A stretch of DNA of 47,477 nt, from NCBI GenBank assembly GCA_041688155.1, contig JBDNIW010000015.1, positions 1 to 47,477 on the forward strand. The letters are read 5' to 3'. Both the position numbers and the translations under genes were made by a program. The stretch is from Minisyncoccota bacterium (GTDB lineage: Bacteria; Patescibacteriota; Minisyncoccia; Phycocordibacterales; UBA918). The notes below the pieces were generated by a model. It ran no database searches and had not been told where the DNA came from. It saw nothing but the letters and a program-made list of their open reading frames with translations. Shown in pieces: positions 19,119-28,402 of the stretch. The stretch's first letter is position 1. Every line of letters begins with the position of its first letter.

Positions 19119-19349
19119 TAGGTGCCTCTTTCTTTTTAATACTCTCTACTAGGTAAACAGCGATACCCGGGGGAAGGCCCTCCGGGTTTTTAGTTGTTAC
19201 GTAACATGCTACGTAACAAGGTGCAATCAAATTATAATCTTTTACGAAGGTTCGACCTCCGTCAATGTGCTCATATTCAACCTATGATACAGAATTGCCG
19301 GGACTGTCCTTTGTAGCTGCTCTAGTCTTTAAGATAGAAAAAGACGCAG

Positions 19350-19625
19350 TTAGTGTAACTGCGTCTCGGGTGGTTCAAAAAGATGGGCGTTGTTGGTGTA
19401 GATTCTGACGATGTCTGCTTGAGGCAAGCCAGCCTGGTTCAAAGCAGCCAGTAGTTCAGCTCCTGCAAGCTCGCCAGCATTCATCGCTCTATCGATAGCA
19501 CCAAGCAGATATACTTGGGCACCTTTGAGGTCACCCTCATCAATTTTGACAGAAACATCAACTTGACCTTGATCGTCAAGAAACGTCTCAGCCAACTTAC
19601 TCAAGTGGTCTGAATTGATACCCAT
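19350..19625 (-). CDS. Hypothetical protein
   Basis: GGAGG precedes the ATG at 19625 (alternative ATG at 19640); helical, acidic ORF. Confidence 0.6.
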   Translation of the reverse strand: MGINSDHLSKLAETFLDDQGQVDVSVKIDEGDLKGAQVYLLGAIDRAMNAGELAGAELLAALNQAGLPQADIVRIYTNNAHLFEPPETQLH

Positions 19626-19834
19626 TCCGCGTTCCTCCATGTGCAACTACCCAGACAATAACCTTGAATCAGTAGCTGGTCAATACTTAGAACAAAGTCA
19701 TGCCTATTTTAGAAAGAGAATAAGGTAAGCAGCTAAAAAGCCGGACTTCCAGAGATTAGATTTTGTATTTTTTGCTCATAGTTAGACTTTCGCCAGAAGT
19801 GACCGGCAGAATTCATGATAGAATTTCTTTAATT

Positions 19835-20518
19835 ATGGAAGAAGAACCAAAAATACCAGACCAAGAAAAATTGTCTGACGAGAAAATGTACCATCAGCTT
19901 GGTGAAGCCCTTAACGACGGAGACACTGAAACAGCACTGACAGCAGTGCATGCACTAGAACAATCGTTGCTGGCAAAAGCACTCGATGCAGCACCTGCGG
20001 TCACATCAGACGTGACGGAGCAGGAACCTGACAACGAACCTAACGCAGAAGCTGTACCAGAGTCTATCGAAGAAGACCTTGTCAGAGAACTGTTTGAAAA
20101 AATAAACCTGCTCAAAGGCACAAAGATCGCTATTTTTGGTACCGGTAGTGGACTTACCGTACCCTTGTCACTCACAATCAATGGTGAGAGGACAAAGGCA
20201 GGCGACATCTCAACCACTCCGAACCAGGAAAGTTTTGAGGGCTACGAGCGAGGCCGAAATAAGGAGATGTTACAACCAGGGTTGAAGTTTTTCAGAAAAA
20301 ACGGAAAGAAGACGGTAGAACTTGTACTAGCCAGCCGTGACGCTTTTAACCGCTTTGGATTTAAGGGCATCCAAATAGTCTTTCCCTTAGAGGACGATAA
20401 CCTTGCTGATTCTCTAGCTGCTGACGAAGCTACGTGTGAAAAGGTGATTAGAAAGATCTGGAGTAATCTTGAAAGTAGCTTACCGAGCAGAGATAAGCAG
20501 TTTTATACCGTTGACTGA
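19835..20518 (+). CDS. Hypothetical protein
   Basis: 227-aa ORF from MEEEPK, with TGATAGAAT -10-like element upstream. Confidence 0.75.
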   Translation: MEEEPKIPDQEKLSDEKMYHQLGEALNDGDTETALTAVHALEQSLLAKALDAAPAVTSDVTEQEPDNEPNAEAVPESIEEDLVRELFEKINLLKGTKIAIFGTGSGLTVPLSLTINGERTKAGDISTTPNQESFEGYERGRNKEMLQPGLKFFRKNGKKTVELVLASRDAFNRFGFKGIQIVFPLEDDNLADSLAADEATCEKVIRKIWSNLESSLPSRDKQFYTVD

Positions 20519-20530
20519 GTACCCGCCCAG

Positions 20531-20596
20531 ACAAAAAGCCGGAGAATTTGCGAATCACTCGATAAGATATGATTCACAAATTCTCCGGCCTTTTGT
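20531..20596. terminator. Long inverted repeat / bidirectional terminator
   Basis: acaaaaagccggagaatttgcgaatca...tgattcacaaattctccggccttttgt. Confidence 0.65.
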
Positions 20597-20621
20597 TTTC
20601 TGCATGGTCTACGCCACTGGG

Positions 20622-20742
20622 TAGCTTTCAAAATGAGATGAGTGACGAGGAGGCTAGGTGAACATTTTGTGAACGGGACAAGTGTCCAGTGAATGAAATG
20701 TTCAGCGTACCGACAAAGTCAATCGCTCATTTTGGAAGACTA
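20622..20742 (-). repeat. Structured post-stop element, divergent copy 3 (after rpsG)
   Basis: Outer inverted repeat ctttcaaaatgag/ctcattttggaag; cores gacgaggagg and ccgacaaagtc resemble those of copies 1 and 2. Confidence 0.6.
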
Positions 20743-21213
20743 CCAGGCGAAGTGGGCGAAGGCCCGGTTGGCCTCTGCCATCTTGTGCGTATCCTCCTTC
20801 TTCTTTACCGCGTCGCCTTCTTCCTTAGCTGCCAGTAGTAGCTCTTTGGCTAGACACTTGTGCATAGGGATTCCCTTTTGCTTTCTCGCGGCTGCAATCA
20901 GCCATCGGTAGGCTAGGGCCTGACGTCGCTCGGCTCGTACTTCTCGCGGTACCTGGTAGTTGGCTCCACCGACTCGGCGGGAACGAACTTCCATAAGTGG
21001 ACCAGCGTTGCGTAGAGCAGTGTTAAACGTCTCGAGTGGATCTTCGGTGGTGTCTTTGTCAGCTTTGATGAGTTCGAACGCCCCGTAGACAATCTTGCGC
21101 GCGGTTTCCTTCTTACCATCGAGCATGATGTAGTTAATGAGACGTTCGACATCGACTGATCCGTACACGATATCCGGAGATACGGTTGGACGTTTTTTGA
21201 TTGGTCGTCGCAT
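20740..21213 (-). CDS. rpsG: 30S ribosomal protein S7
   Basis: [15 protein letters not shown] and [12 protein letters not shown]. Confidence 0.99.
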   Translation of the reverse strand: MRRPIKKRPTVSPDIVYGSVDVERLINYIMLDGKKETARKIVYGAFELIKADKDTTEDPLETFNTALRNAGPLMEVRSRRVGGANYQVPREVRAERRQALAYRWLIAAARKQKGIPMHKCLAKELLLAAKEEGDAVKKKEDTHKMAEANRAFAHFAW

Positions 21214-21364
21214 AATAATGTTAATTAGTGCGAATGAGTTTGTTCACGGAACAATCTTCATTCTTCGCATAGGTTGATGCCGAAGGATTACTCCTTGCAT
21301 CGCGTCAGGTGATCTGTAGCGAATATAAACTATTGGTAATGAGGGACCCAGTCCCTCGGCTGGC

Positions 21365-21775
21365 TTAAGCCTTTGGCTTTTTAGCGCCGTATTTAGAGCG
21401 TCCCATTCGTCGTTCTGCAACTCCAGTCGCGTCGTACTTTCCTCGTACGACGGTGTAGTTGACCCCAATATCTTTTACTCGTCCGCCGCGCACCAGTACT
21501 ACTGAGTGCTCTTGGAGCGTGTGTTTGATACCTGGGATGTACGCAGTAATCTCTAGACCATTTGATAGTCGAACGCGGGCAATCTTTCGAATCGCTGAGT
21601 TCGGCTTACGCGGAGTCTTGGTGGTTACTTTGGTACACACACCACGTTTAAACGGAGAGAAATAAGTGTTGGGCTGGTTCTTGATTTTGTTAAAACCAAC
21701 TTCCAAAGCCGCTCGCTTACTCTTTCGCGCTTTATCGGTTCGCTTCTTACGGGTTAATTGTTGAATTGTTGCCAT
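21365..21775 (-). CDS. rpsL: 30S ribosomal protein S12
   Basis: [25 protein letters not shown] and RSKYG; start MATIQQL. Confidence 0.99.
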   Translation of the reverse strand: MATIQQLTRKKRTDKARKSKRAALEVGFNKIKNQPNTYFSPFKRGVCTKVTTKTPRKPNSAIRKIARVRLSNGLEITAYIPGIKHTLQEHSVVLVRGGRVKDIGVNYTVVRGKYDATGVAERRMGRSKYGAKKPKA

Positions 21776-21827
21776 AATGTAGCTGGAGTAATGTACTACA
21801 GTGGCGTTATTTTGCAAGACGTGGCGG

Positions 21828-22463
21828 TTACCACCCAATCAAGGCATACGTCAGAGTCAGAGTTAGTTGGTAGAGTGGAGCGGCGAGGAATAGAATGAAA
21901 AAGAGAATCACCATCCCAAACCCGAGGAATACGTTTTGTTCGAGGAACGAACGGAAGCGATCGTACGCCATCCGTGGGCCGTGCGGCAAGAACCGGGGGA
22001 GGATTTTGGAGCCATCAAGCGGTGGAATCGGTACCAAGTTAAAGAACGCTAGGAAAATGTTGAGAATGATGACCTGGACCGCCAGGACGACAAATGTTTC
22101 GGACAGCGCCAGAACTTCAGCAAACCTGACCAGGACAGCGAAAATGATTGCCAAGACGATGTTAGACGCTGGGCCAGCGACTGCTACGATAGCCTCACCC
22201 CACTTTTGGTTGGTAAAGTTGTAAGGGTTGTACGGTACTGGTTTAGCGGCTCCAAACAGGAACGGTGACCCACTGACGATTAGTAATCCCGGCAGAATGA
22301 CTGACATCAACGGATCAAGGTGCACGAGTGGGTTAGGTGATAGTCGTCCCTGTAGTCGAGCGGTCGGGTCACCCAGCCAGTTAGCAGCGTAGCCGTGGGC
22401 CATCTCGTGGATGACGACTGACATAATAAGGATAAGAATCAGGGCGATTTGCAAGGGGTCCAT
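21828..22463 (-). CDS. Site-2 protease (peptidase M50)
   Basis: HEMAH, AGPASN and [11 protein letters not shown]. Confidence 0.95.
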   Translation of the reverse strand: MDPLQIALILILIMSVVIHEMAHGYAANWLGDPTARLQGRLSPNPLVHLDPLMSVILPGLLIVSGSPFLFGAAKPVPYNPYNFTNQKWGEAIVAVAGPASNIVLAIIFAVLVRFAEVLALSETFVVLAVQVIILNIFLAFFNLVPIPPLDGSKILPRFLPHGPRMAYDRFRSFLEQNVFLGFGMVILFFILFLAAPLYQLTLTLTYALIGW

Positions 22464-22539
22464 ATGCGCCCTATGGTACGTGTAAAGGGTTGCAAATTCA
22501 AGCCTGCATGCTAGTATGTCGCCACTAATCGAAATATCT

Positions 22540-22782
22540 ATGGCTAACGTTTGTCAAATCACCGGGAAAGGAACCCAAATCGGAGGACGATACTCAAACC
22601 GCACTCGTGCGACGCAGTTTAATCCGTGCGGAAAGGTAAAGCGAAAGCCAAACCTACAAAAGAAACGGATTTTTGTACCAGAAATCGACAAATCAGTCGT
22701 GGTCAAAGTCTCAGCTGCCGGCCTGCGAACCATCGCAAAGAACGGAGCGTACGTGACGCTGAAGAAAGCCAAGTTGATTTAA
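22540..22782 (+). CDS. rpmB: 50S ribosomal protein L28
   Basis: MANVCQITGK...KPNLQKKR...VSAAGLRTI. Confidence 0.95.
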   Translation: MANVCQITGKGTQIGGRYSNRTRATQFNPCGKVKRKPNLQKKRIFVPEIDKSVVVKVSAAGLRTIAKNGAYVTLKKAKLI

Positions 22783-22794
22783 ACGTAGACACAG

Positions 22795-22834
22795 ACAAAA
22801 TGAGCAGCGGCCCTCGGGTCGCTGCTCATTTTGT
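22795..22834. terminator. Bidirectional terminator
   Basis: acaaaatgagcagcggccc-tc-gggtcgctgctcattttgt. Confidence 0.8.
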
Positions 22835-22835
22835 A

Positions 22836-23687
22836 TTATTCCCGCCACACCCTGGCGCCATCAGAATAAAACGACACAGTGCCGTCGACGCCCGTATGAA
22901 AACTGGTGATGTTGCGTTCGAATACTCGTTGCATGACGGCTTGATTGGGGTGGCCGTAGCGGTTGTCTAGGGCAGCGGACACGACAGCGAACTGCGGCTG
23001 AACTGTGTCGAGGAACAATCCGCTGGTGGATGTCTGCGACCCGTGGTGGCCGAGCTTGAGGACGTCCGAGCGCAACGCTGCACCGTAGACCTCCACGAGG
23101 TAGTTTTCGATCTCGAGGGGCGCATCACCGGTCAGCATAAATGCCGTGTCGCCATACACCACCCGAACGATAACCGACGCTGAGTTGGCGCGCCAACCAG
23201 TGGTGTCACTGGCAGGGGCGAGGATTTCGATGGTGGTCGAGGCGCCAATCTGGATTGATTGCCCGGCTCTGGCGTACTGGAGAGTGGTACCTTCACCGTT
23301 GGCAGCCGCCGTAAACGCTAAGGCGGCTGGGCTGTCGCTGTCAGCCTGAGTCTGGATGATTAGGTCGACGTCGTAGCGCTCCAACACGTCGTTGAGTCCA
23401 CCCACATGATCGGTGTCTGGGTGCGTGGCAATCATGACGTCGATTGTGCGATCGCTCCATGACTGTTCGGCTGACAACTGCTGAATCACTGCACTGCTGG
23501 CCCCACCATCAATCAACACTTCAAACCCGTCAGGCGTCTGAATCAATATCGCGTCCCCCTGGCCAACATCAAGAAAATGAACCGCCAAGTAGTCGGACTG
23601 AGTACTAGTACTCAAAACCGACACACTCAGCCCAGTGATGACTAGCAGTACCAGCAACCCGTACCGATACAGTTCTCGCAGTTCCAT
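22836..23687 (-). CDS. ComEC/Rec2-type metallo-beta-lactamase-fold protein
   Basis: FLDVGQGDA, THPDTDHVGG, LTGDA, LKLGHHGS and NRYGHP. Confidence 0.93.
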   Translation of the reverse strand: MELRELYRYGLLVLLVITGLSVSVLSTSTQSDYLAVHFLDVGQGDAILIQTPDGFEVLIDGGASSAVIQQLSAEQSWSDRTIDVMIATHPDTDHVGGLNDVLERYDVDLIIQTQADSDSPAALAFTAAANGEGTTLQYARAGQSIQIGASTTIEILAPASDTTGWRANSASVIVRVVYGDTAFMLTGDAPLEIENYLVEVYGAALRSDVLKLGHHGSQTSTSGLFLDTVQPQFAVVSAALDNRYGHPNQAVMQRVFERNITSFHTGVDGTVSFYSDGARVWRE

Positions 23688-23733
23688 AGTCACATGATAC
23701 AATGTAACTATTAGTATAACTAAGTTCTTTCCT

Positions 23734-24312
23734 ATGACATACGAACCTGTATCATTTGAGATTCCTGAATTAGAGGGAATTTCTAAAACAACCATTGACG
23801 GTCACCTCGGCCTGTACGCCGGCTACGTCAAACACGTGAACCTGATTCGCGAAAAAATCGCCGCCTATAGCGCTGACATTGATAGTAACGGCTACGCCAT
23901 CAGCGAGATGCAGCGGCGGTTAGGGTTTGAGTTTGGCGGCATGCGCAACCACGAGTACTACTTTGCCCAGCTCGAGGGTGGACCAACTCCTCTGGCGGAC
24001 GGACCGCTCAAAGAAAAAATCCAGTTCCAGTGGGGATCGTACGACGTTTGGCTCGAGCGATTCAAACAGATCGCCATGACCCGCGGCGTCGGCTGGGCGA
24101 TGCTGTACCACGACCCACACACTGACCAATTAGTACAAACCTGGGTTGATGAGCAGCACATCGGGCAGCTGGCTGACGTTGACATCGTACTGGCACTGGA
24201 TATGTGGGAACACTCATACATGCGGGACTACGACGCGGCCGATAAAAAACAATACGTCGAAGCATTTTTCAAAAACCTGAATTGGGACGTTGTCTCTGGA
24301 CGACTGGCCTAA
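23734..24312 (+). CDS. sod: Fe/Mn superoxide dismutase
   Basis: HLGLYAGYV, NHEYYF, GVGWA and LDMWEHSY. Confidence 0.93.
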   Translation: MTYEPVSFEIPELEGISKTTIDGHLGLYAGYVKHVNLIREKIAAYSADIDSNGYAISEMQRRLGFEFGGMRNHEYYFAQLEGGPTPLADGPLKEKIQFQWGSYDVWLERFKQIAMTRGVGWAMLYHDPHTDQLVQTWVDEQHIGQLADVDIVLALDMWEHSYMRDYDAADKKQYVEAFFKNLNWDVVSGRLA

Positions 24313-25874
24313 CGGAAAAATACCGGCACCTTGACCGCCACTGGATCAGTTGATCCAGTGGCGGTTTTGAATTCACCCTCTTCCACTACCACCCAGTCTG
24401 ACAGGGGTTCGGGTTCGATGCGATCGCGCGTTACATATTTCCAGACGGCCCACACCCCAGCTGGTACCAGGTACATCCCCAACATAAACCACACGGGAAT
24501 CTGCGGAACAATCACCGCCGCAAACGGTAGCTGCGCAAACCACTGCGCAGTCAAAATGATGTACGTCAGTGGTAGTTGCGCGAGCAATCCTAGCAACGCC
24601 GCCAGTTGGATAGATACCACCCCGACTATCCCCGTAGCAAACGTTGCCAGCATGGCCACAGGTACCATCGGTAGCACCAGCATGTTGACTACCACCGACA
24701 CCAGCGACACTTCCCCGATGTTATACATCAAGAGTGGCAACACGAACAACTGCGTAATCAGCGTCGCTTTGAACAAGTCCCCTAGTTTGAGCGTGCTGGC
24801 ATGGGTTGCTACGGTTGATTCAAATTGCGGCAGCACGAGCACCAGCCCGAGGGTCGCCATAAACGATAACTGAAACCCAATGTCGTAGAGCAAAATGTAT
24901 GGGTTAATCAACACCATCACCGCCGCCGCAAACAGCAGCGCCCGCAACACGTCATACAGCCGTCCCAGCCATTTACCAATCAGCAATATCGCCGCCATGA
25001 CGCTCGCCCGCACGACCGTCGCCGACAACCCCACTAGCAATGCAAACAACGTAATCCCCACTAACCCAAATATAATCCGCCCCCGAATCGAGAAAAACCA
25101 GGCTGAAATCCACCAAAAAAACCCCACGACCAGCATGACGTTGTACCCCGAGAGAACCACGATATGGATGATCCCCGTCTGACGAAAAGCGGTTTCGAGG
25201 TCCTCCCCCAGCGCTTGTTTAACCCCCAGCAGCAGACCGACCCCGAGGTCAACTTCGGGTGAAGGGAGCGCTTGCTCGAGGGTCGCCACAAAATACGCCT
25301 TGGCCGTATACAACAACGCGAGCACAGCGTGACCACCCGTACGCTCCACCAGCTCAACTGACGCAAACGACATCACGTACTGCACCCCACGCACTTGGAG
25401 ATATTTAGGATAATCAAACTCTCGGTTAGTATCAGTGACAAACACTTCCGGCTTAATGAGTTTGCCCGTTACCTCAATGACATCCCCGTATTGCACATCC
25501 AAAAACCGATCAACCCGAACCAACACGCGGTCGGTGTCCGTCTGCACAAACAGCTGGGTAAAATTAGTCCGTTCATCCGGCTCGCGGATTACTTCCCCCA
25601 CAATAGTCACCCGCTCCTCCACTTGCGCTGCGAGCGGCGAGCCAACAAACTGCTGCTCATACCACTGCGTACGAACAATCCCCGCACACACCAGTAGCAG
25701 GCACAGACTGACCGCCAGACTCCATAGCGAACCTAACCGCCGCCATGCCAAGCCAGCTAGAAACGACCCAGCCCCCAGCCCCACGAGCACCCCCATCGGC
25801 AGCTGATACAAACTCTCGAGTGTCACCCCCAGAAAGAGCCCACTCAATATCACCAACAGCTGCCAGCCATTCAT
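24309..25874 (-). CDS. comEC: ComEC/Rec2 competence protein (OB-fold plus competence membrane domain)
   Basis: GIIHIVVLSGYNV, SVVRASVMA and DIGFQLSFMAT. Confidence 0.93.
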   Translation of the reverse strand: MNGWQLLVILSGLFLGVTLESLYQLPMGVLVGLGAGSFLAGLAWRRLGSLWSLAVSLCLLLVCAGIVRTQWYEQQFVGSPLAAQVEERVTIVGEVIREPDERTNFTQLFVQTDTDRVLVRVDRFLDVQYGDVIEVTGKLIKPEVFVTDTNREFDYPKYLQVRGVQYVMSFASVELVERTGGHAVLALLYTAKAYFVATLEQALPSPEVDLGVGLLLGVKQALGEDLETAFRQTGIIHIVVLSGYNVMLVVGFFWWISAWFFSIRGRIIFGLVGITLFALLVGLSATVVRASVMAAILLIGKWLGRLYDVLRALLFAAAVMVLINPYILLYDIGFQLSFMATLGLVLVLPQFESTVATHASTLKLGDLFKATLITQLFVLPLLMYNIGEVSLVSVVVNMLVLPMVPVAMLATFATGIVGVVSIQLAALLGLLAQLPLTYIILTAQWFAQLPFAAVIVPQIPVWFMLGMYLVPAGVWAVWKYVTRDRIEPEPLSDWVVVEEGEFKTATGSTDPVAVKVPVFFR

Positions 25875-25961
25875 ATCCCTCCAGTCTACCAAAAGAAAAC
25901 CACCGCGTGGGTGCGGGGTTTGGTGGTGACGTCGAGGGCAACCCCTCGACGTCTTGGATTC

Positions 25962-26045
25962 TTACTGCCTACTGGGTGGGGGAATATCCAGTGGTTGTGG
26001 CTCTGGCGGAAGGTGGCCTTTCGGCCCTTTGTAAGGAATCGTCAT
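25962..26045 (-). CDS. 27-aa proline-rich peptide
   Basis: SD AAAGGGAG, 5 nt, ATG; MTIPYKGPKGHLPPEPQPLDIPPPSRQ*. Confidence 0.5.
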   Translation of the reverse strand: MTIPYKGPKGHLPPEPQPLDIPPPSRQ

Positions 26046-26107
26046 TTTGTCTCCCTTTTGATGTCCACGCGGTACCTGGCCGCTACACAACACCATACGC
26101 CAACACC

Positions 26108-26521
26108 CTACATCGCGTCAAGCGCTTGGTTCACCAGTTTGTCGGCTACTTGGTTGAGTTCACGTTTGACGTGCACAAACTCGACCGAGCTGTACTGCTC
26201 CATGAGAGCTTGCACCTCGGCACAATGTAGCTTGAGGGTTGCGTCTTTTACTTTGTACGCCCCAATCAGCTGTCGTTCGACCAGTTGGCTGTCGAGGTTG
26301 AGGGTGATTTTAACTGCCTTGGTATCATCGACGAGCGAAGCGACGTGCTCGAGGGCTCGAGCGACTGCTTTGTATTCCGCCACGTTGTTGGTCGCAATCC
26401 CAATGGTTTCACTAAGCGCACTCATCTCATTATGCTGCTCATCATAAATCACCACGCCAATAGCCGACGGCCCGGGATTACCCCGCGCTCCCCCATCAGT
26501 AAAAATAGTCAGTTTTTGCAT
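26108..26521 (-). CDS. rnhA: Ribonuclease HI family protein
   Basis: FTDGGARGNPGP, TNNVAEY, DSQLV and RELNQVADKL. Confidence 0.93.
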   Translation of the reverse strand: MQKLTIFTDGGARGNPGPSAIGVVIYDEQHNEMSALSETIGIATNNVAEYKAVARALEHVASLVDDTKAVKITLNLDSQLVERQLIGAYKVKDATLKLHCAEVQALMEQYSSVEFVHVKRELNQVADKLVNQALDAM

Positions 26522-26547
26522 GTGGGCTAGTGTAGCACAAACCGGAC

Positions 26548-26657
26548 TGCTCTCTCTGTAGAACTCGCGGAGTAGGGTGACTGTCAATGAGGCGAAGCCT
26601 CATTGACAGTCGCCCGTTAAGCGAGCGGAGGACTTGATCCGTGTCTACTAGAGAGCA
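26548..26657. repeat. Structured intergenic element
   Basis: 19-bp stem 26575-26593/26597-26615 nested in tgctctct/agagagca. Confidence 0.55.
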
Positions 26658-26685
26658 ACCCTGTTTATGCGGTTCAAAATCCGTC

Positions 26686-28374
26686 CTACACCACATCCAC
26701 AATCATCAATCTGATCTGGGCTCGGCCCATGAAGTGTGATTGCTCTACGTGGGCAAGGAGAGTCATGGCTTCGCCTACTTTTGGTACCGCTTGAAACGAG
26801 TCTGCGGTAGCAAAAAACGCAATGGCTTCAGACCGACCGGTCTCGCTGCCAAATGTTAGTTTGAGGTGTTCTTGGGTCTTGCCGAACTGCTCGACTTGGA
26901 TTGGGGTGACAGTTTTGAATGCAAATAGTGGTTTAGGGTTACCGGCGCCAAACGGCGCGAGGGTTTGTAGCTCGTGTATCAATAATTGGTTGACGTCCTC
27001 GAGACGAAGCGACGCGTCGATTTGAATTTCGGCTTGGACCATGGCTTGCGCGCCTAGGTCCGCGTAGGCTTGGTTGAGGTCACTCGCGAGCGTGTGGATG
27101 CCGTCGTCGGTGACCGCGAATCCACCAGCGACGTGGTGTCCGCCGTACTCGAGGAACGTGTTTGGCGTGGCGCGCATGAGCGTGACGACGCTGGCGGCAC
27201 CACCCGAGCGAGCCGAGCCTTTGTACACGTCGTTGCCATCACGCCCCCAGATAAACGCCGGTCGTCCGTACTCCTCAGCTAGTTTGTTGGCAGCGAGCCC
27301 AACGAGCGACGGACGCCAGGTCGGGTCACCCAGCACGATGACGGCCGGGATGTCTTCGAGCTGTTGCATGCGTTTGTGGAGTTCTTTGGTCATCAGACCA
27401 ACGGCGGTTTTGCGGGATTGGTTGAGGTCTTCGAGGTGTTTAACCCGGACGCCTGCCTCCTCTACAGTCGTGGCGGTAAGGAGGTGGAATGCTTCTTCGG
27501 GGGTATCCATGCGGGAGGCGGCGTTGACCCGCGGCCCGATGGCAAACCCGATGTCTTCCTCGGTCAGGGTGGGCTGATTGGCCTTGGCTTGTTTGAGGAG
27601 TTGCTGCAATCCAGGGCGGCGGGATTTGCGTAGGACCTGTAGTCCAAACTGCGCCAACACGCGGTTTTCCCCGCGCAGGGGCACCATGTCAGCGATGGTT
27701 GCAACCGCGACCATGTCGAGCCACCATTTCTCATAACCAGCAACCAGTCCGTAGTCGCGTCGTGACAACAGTGCTTGGGTAAGTTTGAACAGCACCGCGG
27801 TGCCGCAGAGATCAGTAAACGGATAGTCGCCGAGTTTAGGGTTCACTATCGCAACCGCTGGAGGGAGCTGGTCGGTTGGCTCGTGGTGATCGGTGATGAT
27901 GATGTCGACCCCGAGCGCATTAGCCCGTTCGACCGCTGCGACGTCGGTCACCCCACAGTCGATAGTGATGATCAAGTCAACTTTTTGCGCCGCTAATTTC
28001 TCGACCGCACTCACACTCAAGCCAAACCCTTCGTAGTGACGATGAGGAATATAGATAGTCAGGGAATCGTGCTTGGCGGCAGTAAAAAAGTCGTGTGCGA
28101 CCACCGCGCCGGGGATACCGTCACAGTCGTAGTCGGCAAACACCGCGATGTGTTGCCGCTGGTCAATCGCGGTTTCAATCCGGACACACGCTGCCTCCAT
28201 ATCGTGCAGTAGCAACGGGTTATGCAAATGCCGGTTGTAGTCAGGGGCGATAAAGTCAGCCACTTGCGACACACTCACTCCACGATGGTGGAGCAAGGCG
28301 GCTTGCAGCGGCGACACGCCCGGCGTATCGAGTAGCGGATTCACATCGTCGGACGGCCAGCAGTAGGTATCCAT
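26686..28374 (-). CDS. recJ: Single-stranded-DNA-specific exonuclease RecJ
   Basis: DYDCDG, ITIDCG, ITDHH, GPRVNAASR, GSARS and YGGH. Confidence 0.96.
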   Translation of the reverse strand: MDTYCWPSDDVNPLLDTPGVSPLQAALLHHRGVSVSQVADFIAPDYNRHLHNPLLLHDMEAACVRIETAIDQRQHIAVFADYDCDGIPGAVVAHDFFTAAKHDSLTIYIPHRHYEGFGLSVSAVEKLAAQKVDLIITIDCGVTDVAAVERANALGVDIIITDHHEPTDQLPPAVAIVNPKLGDYPFTDLCGTAVLFKLTQALLSRRDYGLVAGYEKWWLDMVAVATIADMVPLRGENRVLAQFGLQVLRKSRRPGLQQLLKQAKANQPTLTEEDIGFAIGPRVNAASRMDTPEEAFHLLTATTVEEAGVRVKHLEDLNQSRKTAVGLMTKELHKRMQQLEDIPAVIVLGDPTWRPSLVGLAANKLAEEYGRPAFIWGRDGNDVYKGSARSGGAASVVTLMRATPNTFLEYGGHHVAGGFAVTDDGIHTLASDLNQAYADLGAQAMVQAEIQIDASLRLEDVNQLLIHELQTLAPFGAGNPKPLFAFKTVTPIQVEQFGKTQEHLKLTFGSETGRSEAIAFFATADSFQAVPKVGEAMTLLAHVEQSHFMGRAQIRLMIVDVV

Positions 28375-28383
28375 AGTAGATAC

Positions 28384-28393
28384 ATGGTACCAT
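28384..28393. promoter_or_regulatory. Palindromic bidirectional extended -10 element
   Basis: ATGGTACCAT reads TG-G-TACCAT on both strands, 9 nt from each divergent ATG. Confidence 0.65.
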
Positions 28394-28402
28394 TTATGAC
28401 AT

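Noticed and set aside
21440-21480. S12 RVKDIGVNY lacking the usual Pro of RVKDLPGVRY
   Set aside because: An in-frame one-residue deletion; probably a lineage trait, not a frameshift or pseudogene.
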